Of a DNA stretch of 59,801 bases, positions 54,200 through 59,801 are shown in pieces. A program made the translations under genes and the position numbers. The stretch comes from Clostridia bacterium (lineage in GTDB: Bacteria > Bacillota > Clostridia > TANB77 > CAG-508). Position 1 is the stretch's first letter. The number at the start of each line of letters is the position of its first letter. The stretch lies in contig JAFQIK010000017.1 of NCBI GenBank assembly GCA_017397545.1, forward strand, positions 1 through 59,801, written 5' to 3'. A model generated the notes under the pieces. That model searched no databases. It worked only from the letters and a program-made list of their open reading frames with translations, and was not told where the DNA came from.

Positions 54200-55891
54200 A
54201 TGAAAAAAAGACTTTTAAGTATAAGTTTAGTTGTATTAATGGCATTAATGATACTTCCATCAATATCATTTGCAAATACAACATATACAGAATGGACAAG
54301 CACAACAACATTACCAACAACAAGTGGTGCATATAAACTTACAAGTGATGTTACTATTACTAACCAAGTAACAATTGGAGCATGGTCTAGTGGTTATACT
54401 ACTACAACTACAGTAACTTTAGATTTAAATGGTCATACAGTTAAATTAGATGGTAGTAATGCTCAAATTTATATACAAAACACAGGAATGTTAATTATTA
54501 AAGACTCAGTAGGTACAGGATTAATAACTAATGAAGGAGCTACTAGTAATGCTCAATATCCTATTCAAGTCAAAGGAAAATTACAAATAGATGGTGGAAC
54601 ATTAGAAAATGCTCTTCCAAACCTTAAAACAGTATATGTTCAAGATACTGCATCTGTTTGTACATTAAACGGTGGAACAATAATAAATTCATATACTAAA
54701 GGAGGTCAAGCAGTTAGCAACAAAGGAACTTTTATAATGAATGGTGGTAAAGTTGAAAACAAAGCAGCTGGATCTGACGGATTAGCTTCTGCTATAAACG
54801 GACATAAAGTTATAATTACAGGAGGAACAATTGAAGCTGCAGGTACAGGTATTGAGGCAACAGGAGAATCTGTAGAAATTACAGGAGGAACAATTAAAGC
54901 AGGTTGGTTTGGTCTTCATACAAGATATGCTACTATAAAACCTGAAGAAGGTAAAACAGTAAAAATTACTGCAGGAAGAGCAGCAATAATAGCATATAGT
55001 GCACCAGCTGCAGGAAAAGGAAATAAAATTTATGGTGGTACTTTTGATGCTCCTACATTAATGGAAAGTAAATATGTATGTGATGCAACTAATACTGAAA
55101 TATATGGTGGATTATTCACAATGGATCCAGCAGAAAATGTAGCTCCAGGTTATATAGTAAATTATCCAGTTTTTGTAGATGATGCTGATATGTATGAAGT
55201 AAAATTAAATAAACCATATGTTACTCAAGATGCTATAGATACACCTGATGGCGATTTTGAAATGTTAGTTGTTTCAGAAGTTCAAGGAGAATTAGAAAAA
55301 ATATTTGAAAAAGAAATAGAAAAAAATGAAGCATTAAAAGAAGCTTTACTTGATGGAAAATCAGTAAATATACAAGTTCAAATGGAAGAACTTGAAGAAA
55401 AAGATATAAAAGAAGAAGAACTTAAAGCAATAAAAGAAGCATTAAAAGATGGAAAAATTATTGACCTTTATGATATTACTTTAGCAATTATAGCTGACAG
55501 ACAAGAAGTTAGTACAATTTCAGAAATTTCTAATAAATTAAAATTCAAAGTACTAATTCCAGAAGATTTATTAAAAGATGGAAGAACATTCTTTATGTAT
55601 AGATATCATAATGGAAAAGTAGAAAAATTAACAGGTGAACTAGATGAAGAAAATTACTTTATTTTCGAATCTGATAAATTTTCTACATATGCTTTAGCTT
55701 ATGAAGACAAAGTAGAAGAACCAACAGCAGGTGGACAAGGATCAGCAGAACAACAACCAGCAGAAGATAAAAAAGATGAAACACCAAAAACAGGTGCATT
55801 TGATATAGCTCTATATGTATTAGGAGCAATAGTATTAGTATCAGTAGTTGGAACAGTAAAAGCAAAAAAACCAGGAAAATATAGCAAATAA
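54200..55891 (+). CDS. Sortase-anchored surface protein with a beta-helix-like domain
   Basis: Signal peptide, LDLNGHT, (I/M).GG.I repeats, FESDKFSTYALAY, TPKTG motif, TM helix and basic tail. Confidence 0.85.
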   Translation: MKKRLLSISLVVLMALMILPSISFANTTYTEWTSTTTLPTTSGAYKLTSDVTITNQVTIGAWSSGYTTTTTVTLDLNGHTVKLDGSNAQIYIQNTGMLIIKDSVGTGLITNEGATSNAQYPIQVKGKLQIDGGTLENALPNLKTVYVQDTASVCTLNGGTIINSYTKGGQAVSNKGTFIMNGGKVENKAAGSDGLASAINGHKVIITGGTIEAAGTGIEATGESVEITGGTIKAGWFGLHTRYATIKPEEGKTVKITAGRAAIIAYSAPAAGKGNKIYGGTFDAPTLMESKYVCDATNTEIYGGLFTMDPAENVAPGYIVNYPVFVDDADMYEVKLNKPYVTQDAIDTPDGDFEMLVVSEVQGELEKIFEKEIEKNEALKEALLDGKSVNIQVQMEELEEKDIKEEELKAIKEALKDGKIIDLYDITLAIIADRQEVSTISEISNKLKFKVLIPEDLLKDGRTFFMYRYHNGKVEKLTGELDEENYFIFESDKFSTYALAYEDKVEEPTAGGQGSAEQQPAEDKKDETPKTGAFDIALYVLGAIVLVSVVGTVKAKKPGKYSK

Positions 55892-55969
55892 ATAATATAA
55901 AGAATATTAAAACATAAATGGAGCAGAAATACTTATATATTTCTGCTCTAAACATTATAGGTGAGAATT

Positions 55970-56743
55970 ATGAAAATAGGAAGACGATATAAAGAACAAG
56001 CAAAAAACAAAGTTAAAATATTATTTGTTATTATTCTTATAATTACATTAGTACTTATTTCATTAGAAATTTACAAAAGAAATAAAAAAGATAATAATAT
56101 TTTAATTCAAGACATTGCAAATGATAATTCTAAAGCAGAACAAAATATAAAAACAGAAAGAATGACAAAATTAGAAGAGTTGCAAAAAGAAAATTCTGAT
56201 ATAGTGGCATGGATAGAAATAGAAGGAACAAATATAAATTATCCAGTGTTGCAAGGAGCAGATAATAGCTATTATATGACACATAATTACAAAAAGGAAA
56301 AATCTAAAGATGGTTCTTTGTTTTTGGATAAAGATTATAATTGGGAATTGCCAAGCACAAATCTTTTAATATATGGTCATAATAATATAGGAAGTAAAGA
56401 GATGTTTGCAAGTTTACTGAATTATCAAGATGAAAACTTTTATAAAGAACATCCAAAAATAAGATTAACAACAAACAAAGAAGATGTAGAATATGAGATA
56501 ATAGCAGTATTTAAATCAAGAGTATACTATAAATCAGAAAAAGATGTATTTAGATATTATTATTTTATAAATGCAGAAAATGAGCAAGAATTTAATGAGT
56601 ATGTACAAGAAAGTAAAAAAGCAAGTTTGTACAATATAGATGCTACTGCAGAATATGGAGATAGGCTTTTAACACTTTCAACATGTTCATATCATACAGA
56701 AGACGGAAGATTCGCAGTTGTAGCAAGAAGAATATTAGAATGA
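55970..56743 (+). CDS. srtB: Class B sortase
   Basis: WIEIEGTNINYPVLQ, IYGHN and LTLSTCSY...GRFAVVA motifs. Confidence 0.92.
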   Translation: MKIGRRYKEQAKNKVKILFVIILIITLVLISLEIYKRNKKDNNILIQDIANDNSKAEQNIKTERMTKLEELQKENSDIVAWIEIEGTNINYPVLQGADNSYYMTHNYKKEKSKDGSLFLDKDYNWELPSTNLLIYGHNNIGSKEMFASLLNYQDENFYKEHPKIRLTTNKEDVEYEIIAVFKSRVYYKSEKDVFRYYYFINAENEQEFNEYVQESKKASLYNIDATAEYGDRLLTLSTCSYHTEDGRFAVVARRILE

Positions 56744-56855
56744 GGTAAAAGGGAAGGTTACTTTTACCTTATTTGTTAATGATATGAATAATTACCAAAA
56801 ATATGAATAAAATTAATAAAACCTATTGACTTTTATATATAATAGGTATAAATTA

Positions 56856-56882
56856 TTAGCAGTCAAACAACTTGACTGCTAA
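56856..56882. promoter_or_regulatory. CIRCE-like HrcA operator (variant)
   Basis: TTAGCAGTC-N9-GACTGCTAA, just downstream of TTGACT-N17-TAAATT and upstream of groES. Confidence 0.85.
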
Positions 56883-56930
56883 AATGTTACAACAAGTGAC
56901 AAATAATAAAATCTAAAGGAGGAATTCTAA

Positions 56931-57200
<270 letters not shown>

Positions 57201-57242
57201 TTTCTAATTTAAACTTAAATGTTAAACAGAAAATTGTTTTAA

Positions 57243-59028
<1,786 letters not shown>

Positions 59029-59097
59029 AATCTATTGACTTTATAATATAAAATATATTATACTCATAATATACCAAAGAGATTATGAGGTGATAAT

Positions 59098-59220
59098 ATG
59101 GTTACAGATAGTAAAGGAAAAATATTTGAAGAAAGAAGAAAAACAGAAAGAAGAAAAGAAAATAAAGAAATATCACAAGAAAGAAGAAAAGAACAAAGAA
59201 GAAAAACAGATAAAAAATAA
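59098..59220 (+). CDS. 40-aa basic peptide with repeated (E/Q)RRK motifs
   Basis: GAGGTGA RBS, upstream TTGACT-N17-TATACT promoter; MVTDSKGKIFEERRKTERRKENKEISQERRKEQRRKTDKK*. Confidence 0.6.
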   Translation: MVTDSKGKIFEERRKTERRKENKEISQERRKEQRRKTDKK

Positions 59221-59253
59221 GCAGAAAATTTAAAATTTTCTGCTTTATTTTTT
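59219..59253. terminator. Bidirectional terminator
   Basis: AAGCAGAAAATT-TA-AAATTTTCTGCTT between two convergent small ORFs. Confidence 0.75.
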
Positions 59254-59374
59254 AGCAACATCCATTGTTATTTCCGCCGCAACAGCAGCATATTATTAAT
59301 ATAAGGATTATAATCCAGCAGCAATCTCCACCAAATCCGAATCCACATCCGCATCCTCCTCTATTTTCTGGCAT
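59252..59374 (-). CDS. 40-aa Cys/Gly-rich single-TM peptide (spore-associated-like)
   Basis: AAGGAGGTGA RBS; MPENRGGCGCGFGFGGDCCWIIILILIICCCCGGNNNGCC*. Confidence 0.75.
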   Translation of the reverse strand: MPENRGGCGCGFGFGGDCCWIIILILIICCCCGGNNNGCC

Positions 59375-59508
59375 AATGTTTCACCTCCTTAAATAAGTAC
59401 ACACTTTTTTTATCGTTCGTATGTTATATATTATTCATTTTTGAAAAATGTGTTACTATCTAATTAAGGGAATTGTATTTATATATGAGAGAAATTAATT
59501 GCAAACAT

Positions 59509-59623
59509 TGTAGGGGTCGCAGCCTTCGGCGACCCGCAATGCATCGAAGAGAATACCCGGAAATGTAGGGGCGATTTTAATCGCCCGTTCTTCGAAGCGC
59601 GGGCGAACAAGTTCGCCCCTACA
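59509..59623. repeat. Three GTAG REP hairpins (+,+,-)
   Basis: Units at about 59509, 59564 and 59600. Confidence 0.8.
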
Positions 59624-59801
59624 AATTGCGCCATAAATAATTTTCAAACAAATTCCAGTTGAATAATTTCGTTAGTTGAAAAAGTGTAATACCGTAGGTG
59701 TAAAATTTGTAATAAAAATGTAACGACACGAAGTTAAGCCACTTTCAATGGTTAATTAGTATAAAAAATAAGAAAAATAAAAAAATACGACTAAAACACA
59801 A

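Overview
AT-rich chromosomal window from a spore-forming Clostridia-like firmicute. This is inferred from spoIVA, sigH, a SASP, sortases, and CIRCE and LexA/DinR boxes. It contains mostly housekeeping genes (era, recO, hpf, pgsA, ligA, sigH, ychF, rimP-nusA-ylxR-infB-rbfA-nrnA-truB, rbgA, mrnC, recN, lysS, tsaD, tig-clpP-clpX, groESL), two tRNAs and two sortase/substrate pairs. It also carries an ~18 kb Tad/Flp-like pilus locus with four MENA-type pilin paralogues and a 2332-aa GLUG-repeat protein. The standout observation is that seven otherwise intact genes (recO, cpaF-like ATPase x2, spoIVA x2, rimP, nrnA/DHH, recN, tsaD) are broken by nine +1 frameshifts. Every one falls at an in-frame CGG codon, and skipping the C restores a Gly codon (C-GGA x8, C-GGC x1), mostly a conserved motif glycine (Walker A, DGDAIG, LGYPGG). 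Reading by eye, I found no in-frame CGG in the real genes that is not a shift site. This suggests a non-triplet feature of this organism's genetic code in which CGGN is read as Gly with a +1 shift. Intergenic DNA is dense with GTAG-type REP hairpins (some inside coding sequences), heptamer-repeat palindromes and other MITE-like families.
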